Positions 9,432 through 16,576 of a stretch of DNA of 20,000 nucleotides are shown piece by piece. The translations under genes were made by a program, and so were the position numbers. The first letter of the stretch is position 1, and each line of letters starts with the position of its first letter. The stretch lies in IMG/VR virus record IMGVR_UViG_3300020472_000022; one strand, given 5' to 3'. The DNA is from an uncultured virus (IMG/VR IMGVR_UViG_3300020472_000022). Its lineage: Duplodnaviria; Heunggongvirae; Uroviricota; Caudoviricetes. The notes under the pieces are model-generated. The model searched no databases. It was not told where the DNA came from and was given only the letters and a program-made list of their open reading frames with translations.

Positions 9432-9863
9432 TTAAGCTATCCTGATAATTGCATTTGAAGCATCTGCTGTTGGAAAAGCTATTGAAAATGTACCAGCTGT
9501 CGAAGTCTTATCTCCACCAAAATCTAAAATAGCTACTGCTGGATCACCAGAAGCACTATCATTAAAAATCATAGCTCCTCGTGCGGTTATTGTCGCTGTT
9601 GACCAAGAAGTATCTGAAAAATCTGTCAAAGCGGTAGTTGAACTTGTTGTTGGATCAACTCTAGTGAGTGTATTTCCTTTTGCTGTATATCCAGTTCCAG
9701 AAACTTCATTGCTTGTAGTATATGCTGTAGTAGCAGCTCCAAGACTTGCACTAGATGTATACAAAGCAATTTGAAAGGTGCTGCCACCTGAGTTTTTAAA
9801 ATTGTGTACGCCTTCTAACAGTTCTTGTTTAAAACTGGTACACATTGCTTGTGATATTGCCAT
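9432..9863 (-). CDS. Phage structural protein (tail/neck associated), 143 aa
   Basis: MAISQAMCTSFKQELLEG...IALYTSSA...EVSGTGYTAKG...DFGGDKTSTAGTF resembles a widespread phage virion family (recollection). GGAGA RBS. Confidence 0.7.
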   Translation of the reverse strand: MAISQAMCTSFKQELLEGVHNFKNSGGSTFQIALYTSSASLGAATTAYTTSNEVSGTGYTAKGNTLTRVDPTTSSTTALTDFSDTSWSTATITARGAMIFNDSASGDPAVAILDFGGDKTSTAGTFSIAFPTADASNAIIRIA

Positions 9864-10145
9864 TTATAATCTCTCCAAAATTAAAGCCATATCTTTATGA
9901 CCTTGTTCTCTTAATTTATTAGCTAAAGTTGTTTTGTCATTTACAATCGCTTCTTTCATTGCATGAACAATAATATGAAAGATGCGTGTCTTAAACGCTC
10001 TAGCTTGCTCTTTTATTTTTGGATCGGCAGTGTCAGCTATGCTAAGGATCTGGTATACTGTTCTTTCCGCTATTTCTTCTGGTGTAAAACCACGATGGTC
10101 TGTGGTACTTACTTTTACTGTTCCAGGCTGTATAAAGGACAGCAT
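9864..10145 (-). CDS. Hypothetical protein, 93 aa
   Basis: Translationally coupled to both neighbours. Confidence 0.7.
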   Translation of the reverse strand: MLSFIQPGTVKVSTTDHRGFTPEEIAERTVYQILSIADTADPKIKEQARAFKTRIFHIIVHAMKEAIVNDKTTLANKLREQGHKDMALILERL

Positions 10146-10762
10146 TATTGCAAAGGCTTAAAAGCCATTCGCATTGATACTTGTCCTTGTGATCTTTCAT
10201 TGCTGATGTTCATATCAGCAATGGCTTTTTCGTAAAGACCAAAAAATGTTCCTAGTCTTTCATCATTCTGTAAATATGGTGCGCTTTGAATAAGCGCTCC
10301 ATATAAATAAATATCTGGTGATAAAGATAAAAGCCAATTACTTGTATTGCTATCTGATAAAGCTTCTACTTTTCCATAATAAACAACTTCTGCTGTATAG
10401 CTTGCATCTGGAGATGGATATACTTCAAACTCGGTTCCTACCATCGTAAAATATTTTGGTCTACCTGATGCACTAGAAGCATGTCTTTTTTCATTAATTT
10501 GTTCTTGTGTAATATATTCAAGTGGCTCTATTGGATCAGTCTGTAGATTTAAAGCTACTGTCTGCATCCAGTCAGTAGGTGTAGCACTATATCTTTCAGA
10601 TATAGTTGCTGTTGATCTTGTTACCATTTTTCTATGTCTAATAGAACGATTAAACTGAGCTTCAGCTAAAGTAATAAAATCTGGTATCACTGAAGATAAA
10701 TCTGAACGATTTAACCAATCTCCAACGCTACTTTGTAATTCACTATAAGTAGTAATTGCCAT
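10145..10762 (-). CDS. Head-to-tail adaptor (tail tubular protein A-like), 205 aa
   Basis: TYSELQSSVGDWLNRSDL...IPDFITLAEA...SGRPKYF...SNWLL...PDIYLYGAL pattern. Located two genes downstream of the capsid gene. Confidence 0.75.
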   Translation of the reverse strand: MAITTYSELQSSVGDWLNRSDLSSVIPDFITLAEAQFNRSIRHRKMVTRSTATISERYSATPTDWMQTVALNLQTDPIEPLEYITQEQINEKRHASSASGRPKYFTMVGTEFEVYPSPDASYTAEVVYYGKVEALSDSNTSNWLLSLSPDIYLYGALIQSAPYLQNDERLGTFFGLYEKAIADMNISNERSQGQVSMRMAFKPLQ

Positions 10763-11094
10763 TAAATCCTACCGCCTCTTGTTTTAAAATATTTATTGTC
10801 TGGATCATTAAGCCACTTTTTCATTGCAGCTTGATCGTTAGTAATTCCTTTTTTCTTTAGTTCGTAATAAATACTCATAGGAATAGAAGCTACTTTGCTC
10901 CATTCCCCATATTTTTGATGCTTGTCTATTTCATTTGCTTGTATCTTGTTATGTTTAATTATTGACGAAACATCTTGTACTGTTTGTATGACGATTGAAT
11001 CATCACTTTCTCTACCGCTACTTGATTCTTCATATTGAAAATTAGTTGTTGTACTTGTAGCTAAATCTTTATCAATTATTCTTTTCATAACCAT
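10762..11094 (-). CDS. Hypothetical protein, 110 aa
   Basis: ORF between capsid and adaptor, coupled to the adaptor start. Has QDV...VASIP...KKWLNDPDNKYFKT motifs. Confidence 0.75.
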   Translation of the reverse strand: MVMKRIIDKDLATSTTTNFQYEESSSGRESDDSIVIQTVQDVSSIIKHNKIQANEIDKHQKYGEWSKVASIPMSIYYELKKKGITNDQAAMKKWLNDPDNKYFKTRGGRI

Positions 11095-11137
11095 ATATAT
11101 GTTTTTCTATACATTATTTTATCATTTTCTAAAGATC

Positions 11138-11159
11138 AGGAGAGGGTTGCCCCTCTCCT
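11138..11159 (-). terminator. Stem-loop downstream of the capsid gene (probable terminator/mRNA stabiliser)
   Basis: Perfect 9-bp stem AGGAGAGGG/CCCTCTCCT with a GCAA tetraloop on the minus strand, 20 nt after the capsid stop. The U tract is weak (GATCTTT). Confidence 0.7.
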
Positions 11160-11179
11160 TCACTTTACTTTTTACTCGA

Positions 11180-11411
11180 TTAAGAAACGCTTAAGTCGTA
11201 AGCAGCTCCCAAACCTTTTTCATTTCTAACTTCTAATCCACCTTCAAAGATCAGCATGCTTTTCTCAGCATCACCAGTCTTAGCCAGTTTTACTTCCTGA
11301 ATAGGTCGCAGTGTTGCTACTGCTGCTAACTCAGGATCAAGAACATAAGCATCTCTTGATCTTGAGAATCTATTAGGTACGATTGAAACAGAACCGAAGT
11401 CACTCACATAA
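11180..11411 (-). CDS. Major capsid protein, exon 2
   Basis: (T)TAT GTG AGT GAC TTC = YVSDFGSVSIVPNRF...LRP...LAKTGDAEKSML..EGGLEVRNEKG, the expected C-terminal part of this HK97-fold capsid family. Confidence 0.9.
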
Positions 11412-11663
11412 CAATTTTCTTCAAAATAAGTCGCTAACTTATTCCCGTTATTAACTGCTCCATGTCGCCATGAAGTTGAGACTATATCATCATCCGTTCT
11501 GGATGGATGGCGCTTCCGCTCGCTTGAGCGTACTCCTTTCGGATAGTCGTTGCACCTTCCCTTTCGGGCTTGGCTCAATATTGTCTTTGTACTAAAGAGT
11601 TTCATTGAATTCACCATCTTATTGCCTGCGTATCCCTACGCAGCGATGCTTAACATTGAGTCA
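11412..11663 (-). ncRNA. Group I self-splicing intron, IA2-like, 252 nt, no homing endonuclease ORF
   Basis: P1: exon GAUGU pairs with GCAUC, with the U.G wobble at the 5' splice site. Terminal G at 11412. P2 CUGCGUA-GGGA-UACGCAG. P3 GAUGGUG/CGCCAUC. P4 UUCAAUG/UAUUGAG. P5. P6 with CCC-GAAA-GGG. R element GCAACGACUAU and S element AUGAUAUAGUC form P7. P7.1 UCC-GAAA-GGA. P7.2 CGCUC-AAGC-GAGCG. P8 CAUCC/GGAUG. P9 UUCAUG-GCGA-CAUGGA. Distal stem AAUAAGU/ACUUAUU. Confidence 0.93.
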
Positions 11664-12382
11664 ACATCAGCAGCCCCTACGATCACCGTTGGACCATCAC
11701 TCGGAGCAAGATACCTGTTCGCAGCTATACCTGAAAATCCTGATACAACTGTCTTTACATGTGCCCCGACCATCAGCATTTGCGGATCACCGCCACTATT
11801 CCAAGTGCTTTGTAAAACAGCTTTTAAAATAGTTTCAGTAATTGCTCGTGGTGTTCCATCAGTACATTGAGTGCCATCGCCAGGTGAAGAACCACCAGAA
11901 CCATGAGAGACATTAGTTGCTACCCATGAGGAAAGTGAACCTGTCTCTCTAGCAGTGGAAGTGCCCCCACTAACCTTCGAATTATTCACCCCACAAAAAT
12001 TTAACTCAATATCTCGTTTTAGCTCACGGCCAGCTTTCACTAATTGATAAGCATGTTCTGATTTTCTACCTGCTTCATTAATTACTTCTAAGTTGTCAGC
12101 AATGATAAAAGTCTTACGCATAATTTGTGAAAAATTAGTACGAAGAGTTGTTGCTGCAACCGCAGAAAAAGATGAAACATCATCACCATCAAGTTGTGCA
12201 TTTGCTGCTGCATTTGCAAGTTGGTCTTGTTGCCAACTAAAGGTTGTGTTAGTTATTTTTCTTTTACCGATATTCGAAACGAATGGAGTGTCTTGAGGAG
12301 ATACATTCCAAATTACATTGGATAAATCCTCTCTCATTCCAACGGCTGAATACCTTGTAAAAGTATTAGTTACAATTGCCAT
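11664..12382 (-). CDS. Major capsid protein, exon 1 (spliced product 316 aa)
   Basis: GAGGT RBS. MAIVTNTF...VGMREDLSNVIWNVSPQDTPF...ELKRDIE resembles the SU10/DUF5309-type capsid family (recollection). Follows the scaffold gene. 719 + 232 nt = 951 nt, an intact frame. Confidence 0.9.
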
Positions 12383-12394
12383 TTTTATTTACCT

Positions 12395-13432
12395 CTATAT
12401 CATGTTTTTAATAAGATCTACCGCATCACCGAAGCGGCCACTTTTTTGTAACTTCTGTTGAGATTGCTTGACCATTCTATTTTGTGCATTAGGTGTGCTT
12501 TTACTAGAACCAGGTCTAACAGTTTTTTTACTGTTAGACTGTTTTGTTCGAGCTTTAGACACTCTCTTAACACCTTTATCATATAACCATGCCTTTCTGA
12601 GTAATTTGACATGATCTGCTTTGATAAGTTGTTGCATTTCTTCGTTGGTAATTCCTTGATCTAGTAACCACTCTCGTAGTTGACCTTTCTCATTACCAGC
12701 TACCTTATTGTCTTTCCATTCTGGAATCACTTCAGTAAGCTTTGCATTTTCTACAGTTATGACTGATTGAAGATAATTAGCGTGTTCCTTTTCGTTTGTT
12801 TGCCTGATTCTTTCTTGCTCTTGCTGTATAGCTTCGAGCTTTTTCGTTCTGGCCTCTTCTTGGGTTCGCCATTGTCTTTCTTGTCTTGCTGCTTCTATTG
12901 GATTAGCTTTATATAAAGCATCCCAATCGGGTTGACTTTGAGGTGTATCTGCTTGTAGTTGTTGTTCAAGCTGCCCAATTAATTGAGCATATTGTTGTCT
13001 CTCTTGAGTTACATTCGCAAGTTCAGAATCATAAGCTTTACGCTGTTCAGCTAGCTCTTGCGATTTTCTAGTGTAAGAGGCTTGACGAGAATAGCCTTTT
13101 TTAAGTTCATCAAGGGATACCTGCTCTTCTTGACCATCTACTTTGATGTCAAAAGATTCAGGTTCCTCTATAACTTCTTCTTGCTCTTCTGCTGTCTCAC
13201 TTTCTTCGGCAGAAACATCGTCTAGTTCGAGTTCTTCAGACTCCTCTAAAGCTTGCTCTTCTAGTTGTTCACTCTCTGCCTCGCCTTCAGCTAATGCTTC
13301 AGACTCATTATTAGCCGCTAAATCTTGGCTTTCACTCTCAGGTTGCTCGTTTGAGTCCTGGTCAAAAAGATCTTCCATAATTTGTTTGGCTTCACTTAAA
13401 TTGATCGGACCAGTTGGTTTTGTATCTGCCAT
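12395..13432 (-). CDS. Capsid scaffolding protein, 345 aa
   Basis: Very acidic N-terminus, then IKVDGQEEQVSLDELKKGYSRQASYTRKSQELAEQRK, a coiled coil and a basic C-terminus. Lies between portal and capsid. Confidence 0.85.
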   Translation of the reverse strand: MADTKPTGPINLSEAKQIMEDLFDQDSNEQPESESQDLAANNESEALAEGEAESEQLEEQALEESEELELDDVSAEESETAEEQEEVIEEPESFDIKVDGQEEQVSLDELKKGYSRQASYTRKSQELAEQRKAYDSELANVTQERQQYAQLIGQLEQQLQADTPQSQPDWDALYKANPIEAARQERQWRTQEEARTKKLEAIQQEQERIRQTNEKEHANYLQSVITVENAKLTEVIPEWKDNKVAGNEKGQLREWLLDQGITNEEMQQLIKADHVKLLRKAWLYDKGVKRVSKARTKQSNSKKTVRPGSSKSTPNAQNRMVKQSQQKLQKSGRFGDAVDLIKNMI

Positions 13433-13677
13433 TATTGCTCCTTGTTTATTTTACTTTTTAAAAAAATTGCATCATCTACTGATGCTTTCATTCTTGCAAA
13501 AAATCTATTTGCTCCAAGCATTTCTGCATGGATCTCTTCTCTTTGCTTTTCATTCTTTGACGATACCCATTCGTCAAAGAGATCGGTTTCAAGAATGTTT
13601 ATGATTTCTTGCAGCAATGGATCATTTACTAATTTTGCTACTTCATCTCCAAATTTAATATCATCTTGGTCTGCCAT
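13432..13677 (-). CDS. Hypothetical protein, 81 aa
   Basis: Overlaps the portal end and is coupled to the scaffold start. Confidence 0.7.
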   Translation of the reverse strand: MADQDDIKFGDEVAKLVNDPLLQEIINILETDLFDEWVSSKNEKQREEIHAEMLGANRFFARMKASVDDAIFLKSKINKEQ

Positions 13678-15775
13678 TGTTTATATTCCCCACTGGTTGT
13701 AAATTAGCTTGTTTAATAACTTCTCTATCTCTATCGGCTAAAGCCTTTATAGAAGCGACATCAACTTGAGCACCGAACTTTGCTTGAAGCTCTGCTGCTT
13801 TTAATAACCAATTAGCCTCATCATCATCTCTTTGCCTATCATCATCACGCATCATCTTTTCTCTATCGAGTTCAAGTTGTGCTGCTTTCTTTTGTATGTC
13901 AGCTTGTATCTGTTGCATTTGTACCTGGATTAATTGTTCATTAATATCAGGTTTAGGTTGTTGCGGTGGTGGTGGTTGATAATTAGCTGGATCACTAACA
14001 AAATTATTAACATCTTTAAAGCCTGATAGTTGCACTATCTGGCTTAAAGTATTGTAATACTGTTGCATGTTTACTAATGGATTTTCAGGACCTAATTGCT
14101 GAAGTAGTTGTTCTTGTTTTTGTAAAATGGTTTGCAAGAAAGCTAATCGTTCTTCATCAGATCCTTTTCCTAAAGCAACATTAACAATGACATCCATATC
14201 TGAGTTCCAAATTCTAGGATCAATTGGAACAAATTTATTAGTTAATCTAACCATTCTTTCTTGATCTTGATGAGTAATGATTAAATCAAAAATACCTTTA
14301 AATAATTGCTTCATACCTGTTGTTGCAAAATTTCTAGCAATTAATTCAGTTCTTTGTTGAGCTGCATTAATAGTTTGTGCAACTGCTAATTTAGTTGAAG
14401 ATTGTAATGCTGATGGATCAAGACCATCAGCAGCTCTTGAGACTCCTGTTCTGTTTTCTCTAACTAAATCTAAATACTCAAGCATTGGAAATGCTTCCTT
14501 ACCAATGTAAGGCATTGAGAACGGAATAACACTGCCTGGATTTCTCATTCTAATAATACCGCCAACTTCAGTATTTAAAACATCATCCATTGATGCTTGT
14601 CCTTCAACAACACCAACTCTAGGATGTGTTGATAAAGCTAACGAATCTAAAGAAGATCTTAAAACCATAGATTTAATTTTTTGAACATCCATTGTGATAT
14701 CTGCAATAGATAAACCAAAGAATTGATGTGGTTCTGGATCTGGCATGAAAGTAGCAAAAGGAATATGTATTGCTGGCTCATTTAACAAAATATCGTAATT
14801 TTCACCAATAGAACAAATCCTTCTTCTTTCAGCTATTCCATCACCATCCATATCAGCATAAATATACGATTCAACATATAAAGCCCTTCTCATTGAAGGA
14901 TCACTTGAATCATCATCAAAACTATTTAAGTCTTGGTTACGAGCTACGCTTTCTTGGTTGAAATCAAAATCTGTTTCGTTAGTAGCATAGCTACTTACTT
15001 CATCTTCTGAGTAACCCATGCTAACTAATTCTGAAATAGTTAAATACCTACGATGAGCTACAATATCAGCATCCTCTAAAGTTCTTGCATTTCTATTTAT
15101 TAAAAACTCTTCAGGAGGCACGCTTTCTATTCGTACTCTCCCATTGGGGATAGTACGAATAACCCTTACATTGTGAGAGTTAATTGGATTGCCCAGTTCG
15201 TCAACATTATCTGATGACTGAACAGTTTCTAAAATTTCAATTTCTATTCTTGGATCTGAAGTTAATGTCGTTAAAGAAATATCATCAATATTTTCTAATT
15301 CATAAGTTTCAACTTCGCTTTGATCATCCCAATAGAATTTAACAATTCCGCATTTCTTTATTAGAGCATCTTTAAAAGCTGATAATAAAACTGAGTAGCC
15401 ATCATTATCATTTTGAAAAACATAATTACAGTAATCAGTTGCTTGTTTAGCAAGAGGAACATCTTCTGGTCCTATTGGAACAAACTCAACTACATTTGAT
15501 CCACCATGAAAGATCCTCATTAACGATGGTAGTATTGCTTGAACAACATCTCTAACATCCATTGATACTGCTTGTGATCTACCGCTTTCTTCATTGCCAA
15601 AGGGCCTACCTAAATAATACTCTTCAGACTCAGCTCTAATAGGGCTTATCGTATTGTCGATAAAATCAATCGCATCATCTATTTCACTTTTTAAAATAGA
15701 TTGTAATAACTCATCAGACATTCTTTCAGGTTCGATAAGAACATCTTCTAATTCTTCTTCGTAATCTTTTTCCAT
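13661..15775 (-). CDS. Portal protein (P22-like with C-terminal coiled-coil barrel), 704 aa
   Basis: EEYYLG.PFGNE..GRS..VS.DV.D, FKDAL..K.GIVK.YW, VPPEEFLI, ENRTGVSR motifs. Gln-rich helical C-terminus. Size and position fit. Confidence 0.9.
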   Translation of the reverse strand: MEKDYEEELEDVLIEPERMSDELLQSILKSEIDDAIDFIDNTISPIRAESEEYYLGRPFGNEESGRSQAVSMDVRDVVQAILPSLMRIFHGGSNVVEFVPIGPEDVPLAKQATDYCNYVFQNDNDGYSVLLSAFKDALIKKCGIVKFYWDDQSEVETYELENIDDISLTTLTSDPRIEIEILETVQSSDNVDELGNPINSHNVRVIRTIPNGRVRIESVPPEEFLINRNARTLEDADIVAHRRYLTISELVSMGYSEDEVSSYATNETDFDFNQESVARNQDLNSFDDDSSDPSMRRALYVESYIYADMDGDGIAERRRICSIGENYDILLNEPAIHIPFATFMPDPEPHQFFGLSIADITMDVQKIKSMVLRSSLDSLALSTHPRVGVVEGQASMDDVLNTEVGGIIRMRNPGSVIPFSMPYIGKEAFPMLEYLDLVRENRTGVSRAADGLDPSALQSSTKLAVAQTINAAQQRTELIARNFATTGMKQLFKGIFDLIITHQDQERMVRLTNKFVPIDPRIWNSDMDVIVNVALGKGSDEERLAFLQTILQKQEQLLQQLGPENPLVNMQQYYNTLSQIVQLSGFKDVNNFVSDPANYQPPPPQQPKPDINEQLIQVQMQQIQADIQKKAAQLELDREKMMRDDDRQRDDDEANWLLKAAELQAKFGAQVDVASIKALADRDREVIKQANLQPVGNINNGRPR

Positions 15776-15832
15776 GTAAACCCTATATATAGATTATTCG
15801 TCTATATATTTTACAACATTTTTGTATTGCAT

Positions 15833-15861
15833 TTGTTTACATTGTCTTGTTTAGATAAACT
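15833..15861 (+). promoter_or_regulatory. Putative sigma70-type promoter (TTGTTT-N17-TAAACT)
   Basis: Spacing is 17 bp, and the predicted start lies at the base of the first hairpin of the structured region. The background is AT-rich, which lowers specificity. Confidence 0.4.
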
Positions 15862-15863
15862 AA

Positions 15864-15979
15864 TAGTACCAGAAACCCCACATCTGGATACTACTCACTA
15901 ACCCCTGAGTAGGATTTTGTCGCAATGACAATTACGCTGCTAGGCAGCAATGAGGAGGTCAGTCTCCTATCTGGCCTCC
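15864..15979 (+). ncRNA. Candidate structured RNA (sRNA or 5' leader) with five consecutive hairpins
   Basis: TAGTACCAGA/TCTGGATACTA; CTACTCA/TGAGTAG; TTGTC/GACAA; GCTGC/GCAGC; GGAGGTCAG/CTGGCCTCC. Locally GC-richer than the flanks. Confidence 0.55.
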
Positions 15980-15997
15980 GACTTTAAAGGATAAGTT

Positions 15998-16297
15998 ATG
16001 GCACATGAAAATAGAAAAAAAAGTTTGATGAACAAACATAATCTTAAAGGCGTAAATAAGCCTAAAAGAACACCTGGACATAAAACAAAATCACACATGG
16101 TTTTAGCTCAGGATGGCCATGATTTAAAGCTTATTCGTTTTGGTCAGCAAGGAGTTAAGACTGCTGGTAAACCTAAAATGAATGAATCTGAAACGCAAAA
16201 GGCTAGAAGAAGAAGCTTTAAAGCTCGTCATGCTAAAAACATTGCTAAGGGCAAAATGTCAGCTGCTTACTGGTCAGACAAAGTAAGGTGGAGTTAG
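15998..16297 (+). CDS. Small basic hypothetical phage protein, 99 aa, antisense to the structural operon
   Basis: AAGGA RBS. LIRFGQQG...ARRRSFKARH...SAAYW...W pattern recalls a family common in aquatic viruses (DUF6321-like, unverified). Confidence 0.8.
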   Translation: MAHENRKKSLMNKHNLKGVNKPKRTPGHKTKSHMVLAQDGHDLKLIRFGQQGVKTAGKPKMNESETQKARRRSFKARHAKNIAKGKMSAAYWSDKVRWS

Positions 16298-16366
16298 TAA
16301 AAAAAACCTCTTCACAGAATCGCTTCTACGGCACGATCTCGTCTTAACTAATATCCTAGATACCCC

Positions 16367-16576
16367 CTAAATTAGCTTATTTTTGTATTTTTCTAAGCTA
16401 TTGATGTTCTCTTCTGCCTGGGATAAAAGATCTGTCCATTTATGAATCTCAGTTAATATCTCAGTATGTTCGCCAATTCCAACGCTTTTTGTAAATAGCA
16501 TCCTCAAGGTCGCTATAGCTTTTAGCCTTTCTGATTGCCAATGAGCTATGGCTGCTTTATAAAAGTTATCATCCAT
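16367..16576 (-). CDS. Hypothetical protein, 69 aa (helix-VGIGEH-helix)
   Basis: Starts immediately after the terL stop, with an AAGGA RBS. Confidence 0.75.
   Translation of the reverse strand: MDDNFYKAAIAHWQSERLKAIATLRMLFTKSVGIGEHTEILTEIHKWTDLLSQAEENINSLEKYKNKLI

Noticed and set aside
11180..11617. 145-aa ORF as an independent gene (and 11636-12382 as a complete capsid gene)
   Set aside because: Its N-terminal half is translated intron sequence with no RBS, and its C-terminal half is capsid exon 2.
11636..11638. TAG recoding, intein or pseudogene as the explanation of the capsid break
   Set aside because: The insert has no intein splice residues but has a complete group I RNA core with correct splice junctions. 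The 99-aa gene also ends in TAG at a natural-looking C-terminus.
15864..15979. tRNA or CRISPR mini-array
   Set aside because: No acceptor stem enclosing the hairpins, no T-loop GTTC motif, and no repeat-spacer periodicity.
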